The notes beneath the pieces were generated by a model. That model did not search any database and was not told the DNA's origin. It was given only the letters and a program-made list of their open reading frames with translations. A DNA stretch of 24,000 bases. Origin: Massilia sp. NR 4-1 (GTDB lineage: Bacteria > Pseudomonadota > Gammaproteobacteria > Burkholderiales > Burkholderiaceae_D). Of this stretch, positions 13,968 to 23,189 are shown in pieces (position 1 is the stretch's first letter; every line of letters starts with the position of its first letter). The stretch covers positions 3,013,297 through 3,037,296 of the forward strand of contig NZ_CP012201.1 in NCBI RefSeq assembly GCF_001191005.1, in the 5' to 3' direction. The translations under genes and the position numbers were made by a program.

Positions 13968-15140
13968 TTACGCCCGCGCAGCGCGGCTCACCCGTCCCAA
14001 CAGGAAAGGCATGCTGAACAGATACAGCGCCGCGCCGCCCAACCAGACGGCGCCCGGGAACGTGGCACGCGACATGAAATACAGGGTGCTGATGCCGACC
14101 GGCCCGATAATCGTCGCCAGGCTGGCGATGCTGGCCAGCACGCCCTGCAAGCGCCCCTGCTGTTCCGAATCGGTGCCGGCCGACATCAGCGACTGCAGCA
14201 CAGGCGCGCCGATGCCGCCCACGCAGAACACCGGCAGCAGCAGGAAGGCGACCCAGCCCTCGGTTGCCCAGGCGATCGCCGCATAGGCCAGCGCATCGGC
14301 CGTAATCCCGATCAGCAGGGTGCGCCGCTCGCCGTAGCGCTCGGACAGCGGTCCGGCCACGAAAGCCTGGGCCACGGCATGGAACACGCCAAAGCCCGCC
14401 AGCGAGATGCCGATGGTCAGGGAACTCCAGGCAAACTTGTCCTCGCCGTACATGACCCAGACCGTGCCGGCCACCTCGCCCACCAGCGCCAGCACGAAAT
14501 ACACCACCATCAGCGGCAGCAGGGCCGGAAAGCTCAGCGCCCAGCGCAGCGGCGCCAGCGGATTCAAGGGCACCGGTACCGCTTGCGGCGTGCGCGATTC
14601 GCGCATCACGAAGAAGGCCACGACCAGGTTCAGCGCGTCCAGCGCGGCGGCGGCCAGGAAAGGCGCGCGCACCCAGTACTCGCCCAGCAGGCCGCCAATC
14701 ACGGGACCGATGATAAAGCCGACGCCAAAGCAGGCGTTCAACTGGCCGAAACGGCGGCTGCGCTGGTTCTCCGGCGTGACGTCGGCGATATAGGCCGAGG
14801 CCACGGCCAGACTGGCGCCGGTGATGCCGGCGATGGCGCGGCCGAGGAAGAGCAGCGACAGCGAGGGCGCCAGCGCCAGCAGCACGTAATCGATCATCGA
14901 GCCGGCCAGGGACATCAGCAGTACCGGCCGCCGCCCGATGCGGTCGCTCAGCGCGCCCAGGATCGGCGAGAAAATGAACTGCATCAGCGCGTACAGGCCG
15001 GTAAATGCGCCGAAACGCCAGCCCAGTTCGGCAGTGTGGCCCACATCGCGCATCAGTTGCGGAACGATGGGCATGGTCAGCCCGATACCGGCGGCGCTGA
15101 TCACCACCGAACCCATGACTGCGTAAAGTCCTTTGTTCAT
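13968..15140 (-). CDS. tetA: MFS efflux transporter of the TetA (tetracycline/H+ antiporter) family
   Basis: Strong resemblance to TetA class proteins: GIGLTMPIVPQLMRDVGH, YALMQFIFSPILGALSDRIGRRPVLL, GRAIAGITGASLAVASAYIADVT, GFIIGPVIGGLLG. It is divergent from a TetR(tetracycline)-type repressor. Confidence 0.8.
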   Translation of the reverse strand: MNKGLYAVMGSVVISAAGIGLTMPIVPQLMRDVGHTAELGWRFGAFTGLYALMQFIFSPILGALSDRIGRRPVLLMSLAGSMIDYVLLALAPSLSLLFLGRAIAGITGASLAVASAYIADVTPENQRSRRFGQLNACFGVGFIIGPVIGGLLGEYWVRAPFLAAAALDALNLVVAFFVMRESRTPQAVPVPLNPLAPLRWALSFPALLPLMVVYFVLALVGEVAGTVWVMYGEDKFAWSSLTIGISLAGFGVFHAVAQAFVAGPLSERYGERRTLLIGITADALAYAAIAWATEGWVAFLLLPVFCVGGIGAPVLQSLMSAGTDSEQQGRLQGVLASIASLATIIGPVGISTLYFMSRATFPGAVWLGGAALYLFSMPFLLGRVSRAARA

Positions 15141-15149
15141 ATCTCGCTC

Positions 15150-15188
15150 AATTTATCATCGATAAATTAAATTATAAGTGATAAAGTT
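15150..15188. promoter_or_regulatory. Two tandem tetO-like operators in the tetA/tetR divergent promoter region
   Basis: O1 AATTTATCATCGATAAATT (15150-15168) has 8-bp perfect arms and matches Tn10 tetO1 ACTCTATCATTGATAGAGT at about 14/19 positions. O2 AATTATAAGTGATAAAGTT (15170-15188) is a weaker half-palindrome with the AGTGATA core. Confidence 0.6.
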
Positions 15189-15223
15189 TGGTCATAAAAA
15201 GAATTTTTTCGGGATCGGAAAAC

Positions 15224-15811
15224 ATGAAAGTAGAACGCAAGCAGATTGTGGCGGCCGCGCTCGATTTGCTGAACGAAGTCGGCGTCGACAAGCTGTCCAC
15301 CCGCCTGCTGGCCGAACGCCTGGGCGTGCAGCAGCCGGCACTGTACTGGCACTTCAAGAATAAGCGCGCCTTGCTGGACGCAATGAATCTGGAAATCATG
15401 GAGCGCGCCCATCAGCGCACCCTACCGCAAGCGGGCGAAGACTGGCGCAGCTTCCTCGGCGAAAATGCGCGCAGCTTCCGCCGCGCCCTGCTCGACTATC
15501 GCGACGGCGCGCGCCTGCACGCGGGCAGCGAGCCGGTGCCCGACACCCTGCCCGCGCTCGATGCGCAGCTGCGTTTCCTCTGCGAGACTGGCATGGAAAT
15601 GGGAGCCGCCATCGATCTGCTGGTTACGATATCCCATTATGTGGTGGGTTGCGTGCTGGAAGAGCAGGCCGACCATCCCGATCCCACCACGCTCGATGAA
15701 AGTGTGCTCGCCTATCCACAGCTCGCCGCAGCGATGCAGCGCTATCGCCAGCGCAGCCCCGACCAGCACTTCGAAGCCGGCCTCGCCCTCATCCTCAACG
15801 GCGCCGCTTAA
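15224..15811 (+). CDS. tetR: Tetracycline-repressor-type TetR family regulator
   Basis: ALDLLNEVGVDKLSTRLLAERLGVQQPALYWHFKNKRALLDAM closely parallels the TetR(B/D) HTH region. The downstream block DGARLHAGS...LRFLCE...VVGCVLEEQ parallels the inducer-binding core. ATG 15224 is preferred over 15188. Confidence 0.85.
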   Translation: MKVERKQIVAAALDLLNEVGVDKLSTRLLAERLGVQQPALYWHFKNKRALLDAMNLEIMERAHQRTLPQAGEDWRSFLGENARSFRRALLDYRDGARLHAGSEPVPDTLPALDAQLRFLCETGMEMGAAIDLLVTISHYVVGCVLEEQADHPDPTTLDESVLAYPQLAAAMQRYRQRSPDQHFEAGLALILNGAA

Positions 15812-16251
15812 GCCTTCACTTTTCGCACCACGGTATCCTCCGGCTTGAGCGCGCTGCCGTCGCGGCGGCGTAAGGCAAGCTGGGGGACGGGCTTGCCGCT
15901 TTCGATTTCAAGCAGGCTTGAACGGGCCTCGCCCTTGGCGTACAAATGCTGCTCGCCCCATTGGCGCAGGCCCACCACCACGGTGAACAGATCGCGCCCC
16001 CTGGCCGTCAGCAGGTATTCCTGATAGGCCGTGCCATCCGAGGCCGGGGCCACTTCCAGCACGCCGGCCTCCACCAGTTTTTGCAGGCGGTCGCTGAGGA
16101 TATTGCGCGCAATGCCCAGGTTGCGCTGAAATTCGCCGAAGCGGCGGATGCCGTCGAACGCGTCGCGCACAATCAGCAGGGACCAGCGGTCCCCGATCAG
16201 ATCCAGCGTGCGCGCCACCGGACAGAACTCCTCCTGTTTTTGCTTGCCCAT
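15808..16251 (-). CDS. HxlR-family winged-helix transcriptional regulator
   Basis: CPVARTLDLIGDRWSLLIVRDAFDGIRRFGEFQRNLGIARNILSDRLQKLVEAGVL is the HxlR signature. Its stop overlaps the tetR stop within TTAA (15808-15811). Confidence 0.85.
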   Translation of the reverse strand: MGKQKQEEFCPVARTLDLIGDRWSLLIVRDAFDGIRRFGEFQRNLGIARNILSDRLQKLVEAGVLEVAPASDGTAYQEYLLTARGRDLFTVVVGLRQWGEQHLYAKGEARSSLLEIESGKPVPQLALRRRDGSALKPEDTVVRKVKA

Positions 16252-16341
16252 ATCTTTCCCATGGTTTTTGGTTGCATTTTAAAACCACATTCCCTATGCT
16301 TCAACTAGTTTTGATTTGCAACCACACTAAGGAAGCCATCC

Positions 16342-17553
16342 ATGCCCGCCCTGCCCCGCAGCCTAGTCCTGCTATTTGCCACCGCCGCCGCGCTCAGCGT
16401 GGCGAATGTGTATTACGCCCAGCCCCTGCTGGATGCCTTTGCCGCCGATTTCAGTTTCAGCCATGCGAATGTGGGCCTGGTGGTGACGGCCACGCAAGCC
16501 GGCTGCGCGCTGGCCCTGCTGCTGCTCGTGCCGCTCGGCGATCTGCTCGACCGCAAGCGCCTGACCATGGCCCAGCTGCTGGCCCTCTGCCTGACCCTGC
16601 TGGCACTGGGCTGCGCCACCTCGCCTACCCTGCTCCTGCTCGGCATGCTGGGCGCGGGACTGCTCGGCACCGCCATGACCCAGGGACTGATCAGCTATGC
16701 CGCCAGTTTGGCCGCTCCCACGCAGCGGGGCCAGGTGGTCGGCACGGTGCAGGCCGGCGTGATGCTGGGCCTGCTGCTGGCGCGCGTGCTGTCCGGCGCC
16801 GTGGCCGATGTGGCGGGCTGGCGCGCCGTGTATTTTCTGTCGGCCGTGCTCAGCGCGATCATGCTGCTGGCCTTGCGCCGCGTCCTGCCTGCGCCGCACC
16901 TGGCTGCCGCAGCCAGCGGCGACGGCGCGCCACGCCTGCGCTATGGACAGCTGCTGCTGTCGATGTTCACGCTGCTGAAAAACGAGCGCACCCTGCAGGT
17001 GCGCGGCATGCTGGGCCTGCTGCTCTTCGCCGCCCTGAACATTTTCTGGAGCGCCCTGGTGCTGCTGCTGAGCGCCCCGCCCTATGCCCTGTCGCACACG
17101 GCCATCGGCGCTTTCGGCCTGATCGGTGCGGCGGGTGCGCTGGGCGCGGCGCGCGCCGGTGCGCTGGCCGACCGGGGACTGGGCCAGCGCACCAGTGGCG
17201 GCGCCCTGCTGCTGATGCTGGCCGCTTGGCTGCCGCTGGCCTGGGGCGCGCAATCGCTGGCGGCCCTGGTCCTCGGCATCATCCTGCTCGACCTGGCCGC
17301 GCAAGCCCTGCATGTAACCAACCAGAGCATGATCCTGAGCGGGAACAGCCAGGCGCACAGCCGGCTGATCGGCGGCTATATGCTGTTCTACGCCGCCGGC
17401 AGCGGTGCGGGCGCCATCGCCACCACCAGCATCCATGCGGCGTATGGCTGGAGCGGCGTGTGCATGCTGGGCGCGGCCGTCAGCTTGGCCGCGCTGGTCT
17501 TTTGGCGCGCGACTTTACCAAGAGTTAAGGCTGTCTGCGAGGCAATTTCCTAA
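16342..17553 (+). CDS. MFS transporter, divergent from the HxlR regulator
   Basis: Twelve-helix-like hydrophobic pattern, the MFS loop motif PLGDLLDRKRL, and AAGGAAG as Shine-Dalgarno upstream of the ATG. Alternative-frame ORFs on both strands are GC shadow ORFs. Confidence 0.8.
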   Translation: MPALPRSLVLLFATAAALSVANVYYAQPLLDAFAADFSFSHANVGLVVTATQAGCALALLLLVPLGDLLDRKRLTMAQLLALCLTLLALGCATSPTLLLLGMLGAGLLGTAMTQGLISYAASLAAPTQRGQVVGTVQAGVMLGLLLARVLSGAVADVAGWRAVYFLSAVLSAIMLLALRRVLPAPHLAAAASGDGAPRLRYGQLLLSMFTLLKNERTLQVRGMLGLLLFAALNIFWSALVLLLSAPPYALSHTAIGAFGLIGAAGALGAARAGALADRGLGQRTSGGALLLMLAAWLPLAWGAQSLAALVLGIILLDLAAQALHVTNQSMILSGNSQAHSRLIGGYMLFYAAGSGAGAIATTSIHAAYGWSGVCMLGAAVSLAALVFWRATLPRVKAVCEAIS

Positions 17554-17605
17554 TATTTCTCATCGAAATTGCATCATTTACTTGCAACAAGGTAGTCATT
17601 CCAGG

Positions 17606-17633
17606 GATAATTTGATGCTAATGATTCTCATTT
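17606..17633. promoter_or_regulatory. Fur-box-like sequence upstream of the siderophore receptor
   Basis: GATAATTTGATGCTAATGATTCTCATTT contains GCTAATGATTCTCATTTAA, which matches the GATAATGATAATCATTATC consensus at roughly 13/19 positions. It lies 70-100 bp upstream of ATG 17703. Confidence 0.55.
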
Positions 17634-17702
17634 AAAAAATAAAGCCAGCCAAAGTCCTGCGTGGACGACCGTAGCCAGCTTCCACCACGACAGGACAAGC
17701 CC

Positions 17703-19790
17703 ATGAAGAAAACGCCGCTGGCGCTGATGATCGCCCTCGCCCTCCAGCAATTCCCCGCCCACGCCGACAGCAATGACCAGGCCATGCCGACCGTCACCGT
17801 CGGCGCAGTCAAGGAAACGCCGTACAACCCGGTCAGCGCCACCAGCGCCACCAAGATCGACGCCCCGCTGCGCGATATTCCGCAAACGGTGAACGTGGTG
17901 CCGCAAACCCTGTTGCGCGACCAGGGCGCGCACTCGATGCAGGACGCGATGAAGGCGGTGCCGGGCATCGGCCTGTCGCACGGCGACGGCCAGCGCGACC
18001 AGATCACCATCCGCGGCTTCAGCGCCCTGGGCGACCAGTTCATCGACGGCATGCGCGACGACGCCATGTACTTCCGCGACCTGTCCAATGTGGAGCAGAT
18101 CGAAGTGCTGAAAGGCCCGGCCTCCGTGCTGTACGGCCGCGGCTCTTCCGGCGGTCTGGTCAACCGCATCACCAAGAAGCCCGGCATCGACAAGACCGAA
18201 GTCAGCCTGACCATCGGCAGCTGGAGCCAGAAACGCGGCGAAATCGACCTGGCCCGCAACTTCGACGACCAGGGCGTCGCCTTCCGCGTCACCGGCGCCA
18301 AGGAAGACGCCAACAGCTTCCGCGACCAGCAATTCCTCAAGCGCGAGGCGTTCTCGCCCTCCGTGCTGTTCAAGCTGACGCCGGACACCACCCTGCTGCT
18401 GCAAGCCGAATACATTGCCGACCGCCGCGTGACCGACTTCGGCATCCCAGCCTATAAAGACCGCGCGGTCGATGTCGATCCATCCACCTACTACGGCGCC
18501 GCCAATGCGCGCGACTTCGACTACAGCCAGTCGCGCGTGACCTCCTTCGGCATGGTGCTGAACCACCGCATCAACGACACACTGACGCTGCGCAACGCGC
18601 TGCGCCAGTATGACTACAAGCTCGACCGCAACAACACCCTGGTCGGCTCGGTCAATGAAGCGGCGAAGACCGCCTCGCTCAACCGCAGCAATGTGAAGCG
18701 CGCCGAAGACGGCATTTTCAACCAGACCGAACTGGTGCAGAAAGCCGTGATCGGCGGTATGCCGCACCAGATCCTCTACGGCGTGGAATTCGGCAAGCAG
18801 AACAAGGACCAGCTGTTCCGCAGCCAGAACAATGTCGCCACCGTCGACCTGTTCCATCCCGTCGCGCCGAAGCTGCCCTTCACCGTGACGGCCGCGCCAT
18901 CGACCGACAACCTCGGCATCCTGACCGTCTCCAGCGCCTACGTGCAGGACCTGGCCACGCTGACGCCGGAATGGAAAGCCCTGGTCGGCGCCCGCTTCGA
19001 CAAATTCAAGCAGGAAACCGAAGAGCGCCGCGCCGGCCAGGCCAACCTGAGCCGCACCGACCGCGCCTGGAGCCCGCGCGCCGGCCTGGTCTACCAGCCG
19101 CGCCAGGACCAGTCCTACTACCTCTCCTACAGCAAATCCTTCCAGCCTTCGGCCGAAAGCCTGCCGCTGGCCGCGAACGCCGCCAATATCGAGCCGGAAG
19201 AAACCAGCAACAAGGAAATCGGCGCCAAGTTCGACTTCTTCGGCGGCCGCGCCTCGGCCACCGCCTCGCTGTACCAGCTCGAACGCAGCAATATCAAGTC
19301 CACCGACCCGGTCAGCAACAAGCTGATCCCGATCGGCACGCAAAAGACCAATGGCCTGGAACTGAGCTTCACCGGCGACCTGGGCCAAGGCTGGCAAGTC
19401 TTCGGCGGCTACGCCTATATGGATGCGGAAGTGAGCAAATCGATCGCCAAGGATGACGGCCAATTCGTACAAGGCAAACGCCCCACGCTGACGCCGAAAC
19501 AAAGCATGAACCTGTGGGTCAGCAAAGCCCTCGGTGGCGGCTTCAGCGCCGGCGCCGGCGTCAACTACGTGGCCGACCGCTTCGCCAATCCCGGCAACAC
19601 CGTCACCCTGCCCAGCTACGTGACGGCCGACGCCATGCTGTCCTACCGCGTGCGCGGCCTTGACCTGCAACTGAACATCAACAACCTGTTCGACCGCAAC
19701 TACATCGCCGCCGGCCACGGCAGCAGCAAACTGCTGAACCTGCCAGGCGCACCCCGCAATGTGCAGCTGACTGCCCGCTACAACTTCTAA
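17703..19790 (+). CDS. TonB-dependent siderophore receptor
   Basis: Signal peptide MKKTPLALMIALALQQFPAHA. Plug motifs are DIPQTVNVVPQ, ITIRGF, IEVLKGPASVLYGRGSSGGLVN. The C-terminus TARYNF ends in the usual terminal Phe. Confidence 0.9.
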   Translation: MKKTPLALMIALALQQFPAHADSNDQAMPTVTVGAVKETPYNPVSATSATKIDAPLRDIPQTVNVVPQTLLRDQGAHSMQDAMKAVPGIGLSHGDGQRDQITIRGFSALGDQFIDGMRDDAMYFRDLSNVEQIEVLKGPASVLYGRGSSGGLVNRITKKPGIDKTEVSLTIGSWSQKRGEIDLARNFDDQGVAFRVTGAKEDANSFRDQQFLKREAFSPSVLFKLTPDTTLLLQAEYIADRRVTDFGIPAYKDRAVDVDPSTYYGAANARDFDYSQSRVTSFGMVLNHRINDTLTLRNALRQYDYKLDRNNTLVGSVNEAAKTASLNRSNVKRAEDGIFNQTELVQKAVIGGMPHQILYGVEFGKQNKDQLFRSQNNVATVDLFHPVAPKLPFTVTAAPSTDNLGILTVSSAYVQDLATLTPEWKALVGARFDKFKQETEERRAGQANLSRTDRAWSPRAGLVYQPRQDQSYYLSYSKSFQPSAESLPLAANAANIEPEETSNKEIGAKFDFFGGRASATASLYQLERSNIKSTDPVSNKLIPIGTQKTNGLELSFTGDLGQGWQVFGGYAYMDAEVSKSIAKDDGQFVQGKRPTLTPKQSMNLWVSKALGGGFSAGAGVNYVADRFANPGNTVTLPSYVTADAMLSYRVRGLDLQLNINNLFDRNYIAAGHGSSKLLNLPGAPRNVQLTARYNF

Positions 19791-19798
19791 GCTTTGCG

Positions 19799-19874
19799 CC
19801 AAATCAAAAAATGTCCACCTTGCTGTCTCAGGCGGGGCCGTCGAGGCAGCAAGATCGGACATTGTTTGATTTGG
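19799..19874. repeat. 76-nt near-perfect extended hairpin / inverted repeat just after the receptor gene
   Basis: The outer arms are CCAAATCAAAAAATGTCC (19799-19816) and GGACATTGTTTGATTTGG (19857-19874), with 1 mismatch in 18. The inner arms are CTTGCTGTCTC (19819-19829) and GAGGCAGCAAG (19843-19853), with one G:U-compatible mismatch. The loop is 13 nt. No T-run follows. Confidence 0.7.
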
Positions 19875-19947
19875 ATCAACGGGAGCGCCTTGGTGGGTTT
19901 GCGCGGTTTCGTGCCAGAATGGGTGTTTGCCAACTGTGGAGCTGCTG

Positions 19948-20247
19948 ATGATTTACGAGATTGCCGAGATTCAGATCAAACCTGATGTCCACGCTGACTT
20001 TGAGGCGGCGGTGCGCGAAGCTGTGCCGCTGTTCCGACGGTCGCCGGGGTGCTTGTCGATGCGGCTGGAACGCATCATCGAACGGCAGGATACCTACCAC
20101 CTCGTAATCGGCTGGGAGACTCTGGAACATCACACTGTGCAGTTCCGCAGCAGTGAGACGTTCACCGCTTGGCGCACGCTGGTCGGCCCCTTCTTTGCCG
20201 CACCGCCCAGAGTCGAACATACACAGAATGCCTTGAACGGCTTCTGA
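19948..20247 (+). CDS. Antibiotic-biosynthesis-monooxygenase (ABM/Dabb fold) family protein
   Basis: MIYEIAEIQIKPDVHADFEAAV...GWETLEHHTVQFRSSETFTAWR is the typical ABM pattern. GGAG lies 6 nt upstream of ATG 19948. Confidence 0.7.
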   Translation: MIYEIAEIQIKPDVHADFEAAVREAVPLFRRSPGCLSMRLERIIERQDTYHLVIGWETLEHHTVQFRSSETFTAWRTLVGPFFAAPPRVEHTQNALNGF

Positions 20248-20254
20248 TCGAAAC

Positions 20255-20277
20255 AACGGGGCCTTGCGCCCCGTTTT
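20255..20277. terminator. Rho-independent terminator hairpin (AACGGGGC-cttgc-GCCCCGTT followed by TT), between convergent genes
   Basis: Perfect 8-bp stem and 5-nt loop, with a T-run on the plus strand. It sits between stops at 20247 (+) and 20290 (-). Confidence 0.7.
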
Positions 20278-20289
20278 CACTTCATTTCC

Positions 20290-20532
20290 TCAATGCTTCA
20301 TGCGCACCAGCGCCAGTCCCAGGAGGATCGTGGCAAGGATGGCCACCGGACTGGGCTCCGGTACGCGCTCTTCAGGAATGCTGGCACGCTCCGGCTTTTG
20401 CACAGGCGTCTCCTTGCTTGCGGCACTTTCCACTAAGCCATTGCTCACCGGCAGACTGCTTGCAGGCTCGCCTCCGGCCAACACCGGCGTAGATGCCAGC
20501 AAGGCCAGCACCAGCAACAATTCCTTGACCAT
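20290..20532 (-). CDS. Small PEP-CTERM sorting-domain protein, 80 aa
   Basis: Signal peptide MVKELLLVLALLASTPVLAG. C-terminal VPEPSPVAILATILLGLALVRMKH. GGAAGG lies 7 nt upstream of ATG 20532. Confidence 0.7.
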   Translation of the reverse strand: MVKELLLVLALLASTPVLAGGEPASSLPVSNGLVESAASKETPVQKPERASIPEERVPEPSPVAILATILLGLALVRMKH

Positions 20533-20688
20533 AAATTGCCTTCCATACCAAACACCTTTGCAACCATACAACTAAAATTTATATATGTAAACTATTTATC
20601 CTTAGACGGAATTGGCACGTAGATAGCTCAATGGAAACGGACCATGCTTTTACGACTAAGCGCGCATAATGGTGGAAAGGAGGAATTT

Positions 20689-20991
20689 ATGGCAAAAACT
20701 ATCCATCGCAACTTCAAGGAAATCGCGGATGCGGAGCAAGCGCGGGCCGCGCTGCTGAATGCCGGCTGGCGCGCGGCGGCTGTGCAAATGAACCGGCACG
20801 AGGCGCGGCCGGCCGATACGTCGACCAGTGCCGTGCGCAATCTCTTCGATTCGCTGACGCCCGATGCGGCCGACGATACCGATCAGCCCTTAAGCAGTCC
20901 TGCCGCCCTGCTCAGCGTCGATGTCGACGACGAGGTTCACCGCGAGCAGGCGGACGCCATCATGCGCCACTACGGCGCCAGCGAAGCCTAA
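20689..20991 (+). CDS. Hypothetical protein, 100 aa
   Basis: A strong Shine-Dalgarno AAGGAGG lies 7 nt upstream of ATG 20689. No family recognised. Confidence 0.5.
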   Translation: MAKTIHRNFKEIADAEQARAALLNAGWRAAAVQMNRHEARPADTSTSAVRNLFDSLTPDAADDTDQPLSSPAALLSVDVDDEVHREQADAIMRHYGASEA

Positions 20992-20997
20992 GCGCAT

Positions 20998-22188
20998 TCA
21001 GGAAGCGGTGTGGTGAAACACCTGCCGCAAGTAGGCGAGGAAGGTCTCGTCCTTGCACAGGGTCTTGCCCGGCGAGTCCGACAGCTTGGCCACCGACTGC
21101 CCATTGCAGCGGATGAGCTTCATGACGATATTCAGCGGCGTCAGTCCCACATCATTGGTCAGATGGGTGCCGATGCCGAAGCCCGTCATGATGCGGTTGG
21201 CAAAATGCCGGTATAGGCTGAAGGCAGTGTCGAAATCCAGGCCGTCGGAGAACACCAGGCGCTTGGTGTTCGAATCGATGCGCAGCGCGGCGTAGTGGGC
21301 GATGGCCTTCTCGCCCCACAGCACGGGGTCGCCCGAATCGTGGCGCAGGCCGTCGAACAGCTTGGCGAAATAGAGGTCGAAGTCGTCGAGGAAGGCGTCC
21401 ATGCCCACCACGTCGGTCAGGGCGATGCCGAGGTCGCCGCGGTATTCCTGCACCCAATCCTCCAGCGCCGCTTTCTGGAAGTCGCGCAGGCGCACGCCGA
21501 AAGCCTGGAAGGACTGGATGTATTCGTGCGCCATGGTCCCGATCGGGAACAGGCCGAATTTCTTGGCCAGATAGACATTCGACGTCCCCTTGAAGAAGCG
21601 CGGCGCTTCGGCCGCCAGCGTCTGCACCACTTCATCGTGCCAGGCGGCCGAGAAGCGGCGGCGCAGGCCGAAGTCGGAGAACTCAAACGGGTGGCGCAGT
21701 CCCGGCAGATTGCCGAATTCCTTCAGTGCGCGCAGCTTGTCGTGCAGGCGCGCGCGGCCCTCCTCCAGCGCCGACTCTGCGTCGAAACGGCGGAAGTACA
21801 GCTCATTGACGATGTAGAGCACAAAGATTTCGAAGCCCATCACGTGCACCTGCGGGCCGGCGGCGTGGATCACCAGGCGCTCGCCGTCGGTTTCGACCGT
21901 GATGAACTTGCGCTGGAAGCGGAACACCGTGAGGAAGTCGACGAAGTCGCTCTTCATATAGCGCAAGGAGCGCAGATAGGCCAGCTCGTCCTCGCTGAAG
22001 GACATCGCGCACAGATGGTCGAGCTGCTCCTCGACCTCCTCCTTCAGCTGGGCCAGCGGGAAGACCGGCTTATTGCGGCAGACGAATTCGTATTCGGTAT
22101 GCGAATTCGGCTGGCTATGCAGCAGCGCCTGCCACATGGTGAATTTATACAGGTCGGTTTCCAGCAGGCTGCGGACGACGGGGATCAT
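20998..22188 (-). CDS. pncB: Nicotinate phosphoribosyltransferase
   Basis: The N-terminus [14 protein letters not shown] is the PncB hallmark, and the length of 396 aa is typical. The long opposite-strand ORF 21295-22206 is a shadow ORF. Confidence 0.9.
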   Translation of the reverse strand: MIPVVRSLLETDLYKFTMWQALLHSQPNSHTEYEFVCRNKPVFPLAQLKEEVEEQLDHLCAMSFSEDELAYLRSLRYMKSDFVDFLTVFRFQRKFITVETDGERLVIHAAGPQVHVMGFEIFVLYIVNELYFRRFDAESALEEGRARLHDKLRALKEFGNLPGLRHPFEFSDFGLRRRFSAAWHDEVVQTLAAEAPRFFKGTSNVYLAKKFGLFPIGTMAHEYIQSFQAFGVRLRDFQKAALEDWVQEYRGDLGIALTDVVGMDAFLDDFDLYFAKLFDGLRHDSGDPVLWGEKAIAHYAALRIDSNTKRLVFSDGLDFDTAFSLYRHFANRIMTGFGIGTHLTNDVGLTPLNIVMKLIRCNGQSVAKLSDSPGKTLCKDETFLAYLRQVFHHTAS

Positions 22189-22239
22189 GCGGCGGTTCTC
22201 CAGTAAGGGGATGGCATAGAGGCCATTTGAAGTGGTCTC

Positions 22240-23100
22240 TTAGCGGCCGGCGTTGGCCAGCAGCTCCTGCAGCACATCACCCGATTGCGCCAGCTGCGCT
22301 CCGCGCTCCTGCATCGCCTGCAGGAAGCCGTGCTGCTGCTGTTCGAAGCCGGCCACGGGACTCATGCAGTCGGTGATCAGCACCAGGCGCGCGGGGTCGA
22401 TATTGTCGGCGATATGCTCGGTGGTGGCCTTGACGCAGTGGCTGCTCGCCTCGCCCGCGATATACACGCGGTCGGCCTGGGCCAGGCTGGCGATCAGGCT
22501 GCGGTTCAGCTGCGTATCGGGATCGGCATCGTCCGGCACCTCGGCCATCACGGCGGAATAGTGCTCGGTCCACGGGTTGGAACCCTTGGCGATCTTGGTC
22601 ACCACGCCCAGCGCCGCGTCTTCCCAGCGGTTATAGGCGGCGCGCACATCTTCGTGCACATTGTGGCCCCAGGAACCGATCTCGCAATGCACGGGCCAGA
22701 CCATCAGGCGGTAGCGGCCATGCGCTTCCAGCTGCTCCAGGTAGGACAGCACGCGCGGCAAGGCTGCCCGGTCGCGCGGCAGGAAGCGCGCGGCGCGCAC
22801 GTCGGCGGCGGATATTTCAGTGAAGGGCGCCACAGCCGCGCCATCGGCCGCGTACCAGAAGGTCGGATGGGCGATATCGTAGCGGTGGTGGGAATCGAGG
22901 GTGACACTGATCTCGCTCAGGCCATGGCGGCCACGGTTGATCAGGCCCGCCAGGCGCAGCATGTCCTGATGGGCGCCGCGCACCGGCAAAGCCGGCGCGT
23001 GCGGGGTGCGCGTGGCCGGGTTTTCGGGACGATAACTGTCCGGCAGGTCGCAGAAATCGTTCTGCGGATCGATGACGAGAAGGTGCAGCTGGCGTTTCAT
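22240..23100 (-). CDS. Isochorismatase-family cysteine hydrolase, nicotinamidase-like
   Basis: The Asp-Lys-Cys triad context is present: LLVIDPQNDF, VTKIAKG, GEASSHCV. It lies directly upstream of pncB on the same strand, which fits NAD salvage. Confidence 0.7.
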   Translation of the reverse strand: MKRQLHLLVIDPQNDFCDLPDSYRPENPATRTPHAPALPVRGAHQDMLRLAGLINRGRHGLSEISVTLDSHHRYDIAHPTFWYAADGAAVAPFTEISAADVRAARFLPRDRAALPRVLSYLEQLEAHGRYRLMVWPVHCEIGSWGHNVHEDVRAAYNRWEDAALGVVTKIAKGSNPWTEHYSAVMAEVPDDADPDTQLNRSLIASLAQADRVYIAGEASSHCVKATTEHIADNIDPARLVLITDCMSPVAGFEQQQHGFLQAMQERGAQLAQSGDVLQELLANAGR

Positions 23101-23159
23101 TGCGGGACTCCGTGGCGCGCTTGGTATCCAGCATGATACCGGCTGCCACGGAATCTATC

Positions 23160-23182
23160 AAAAAACGGCCGCCGCCGCGGCC
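23160..23182 (-). terminator. Rho-independent terminator of azoR (GGCCGC-GGCG-GCGGCC then TTTTTT on the minus strand)
   Basis: 6-bp GC stem (23167-23172 / 23177-23182) and 4-nt loop. An A6 run at 23160-23165 on the plus strand is a U-tract for the minus-strand transcript. It lies 8 nt past the azoR stop. Confidence 0.7.
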
Positions 23183-23189
23183 TTAAGTC

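Noticed and set aside
15808-15811. tetR and the HxlR-family gene share overlapping stop codons within TTAA.
   Set aside because: The overlap is real, but it is an ordinary compact convergent arrangement and I see no functional implication.
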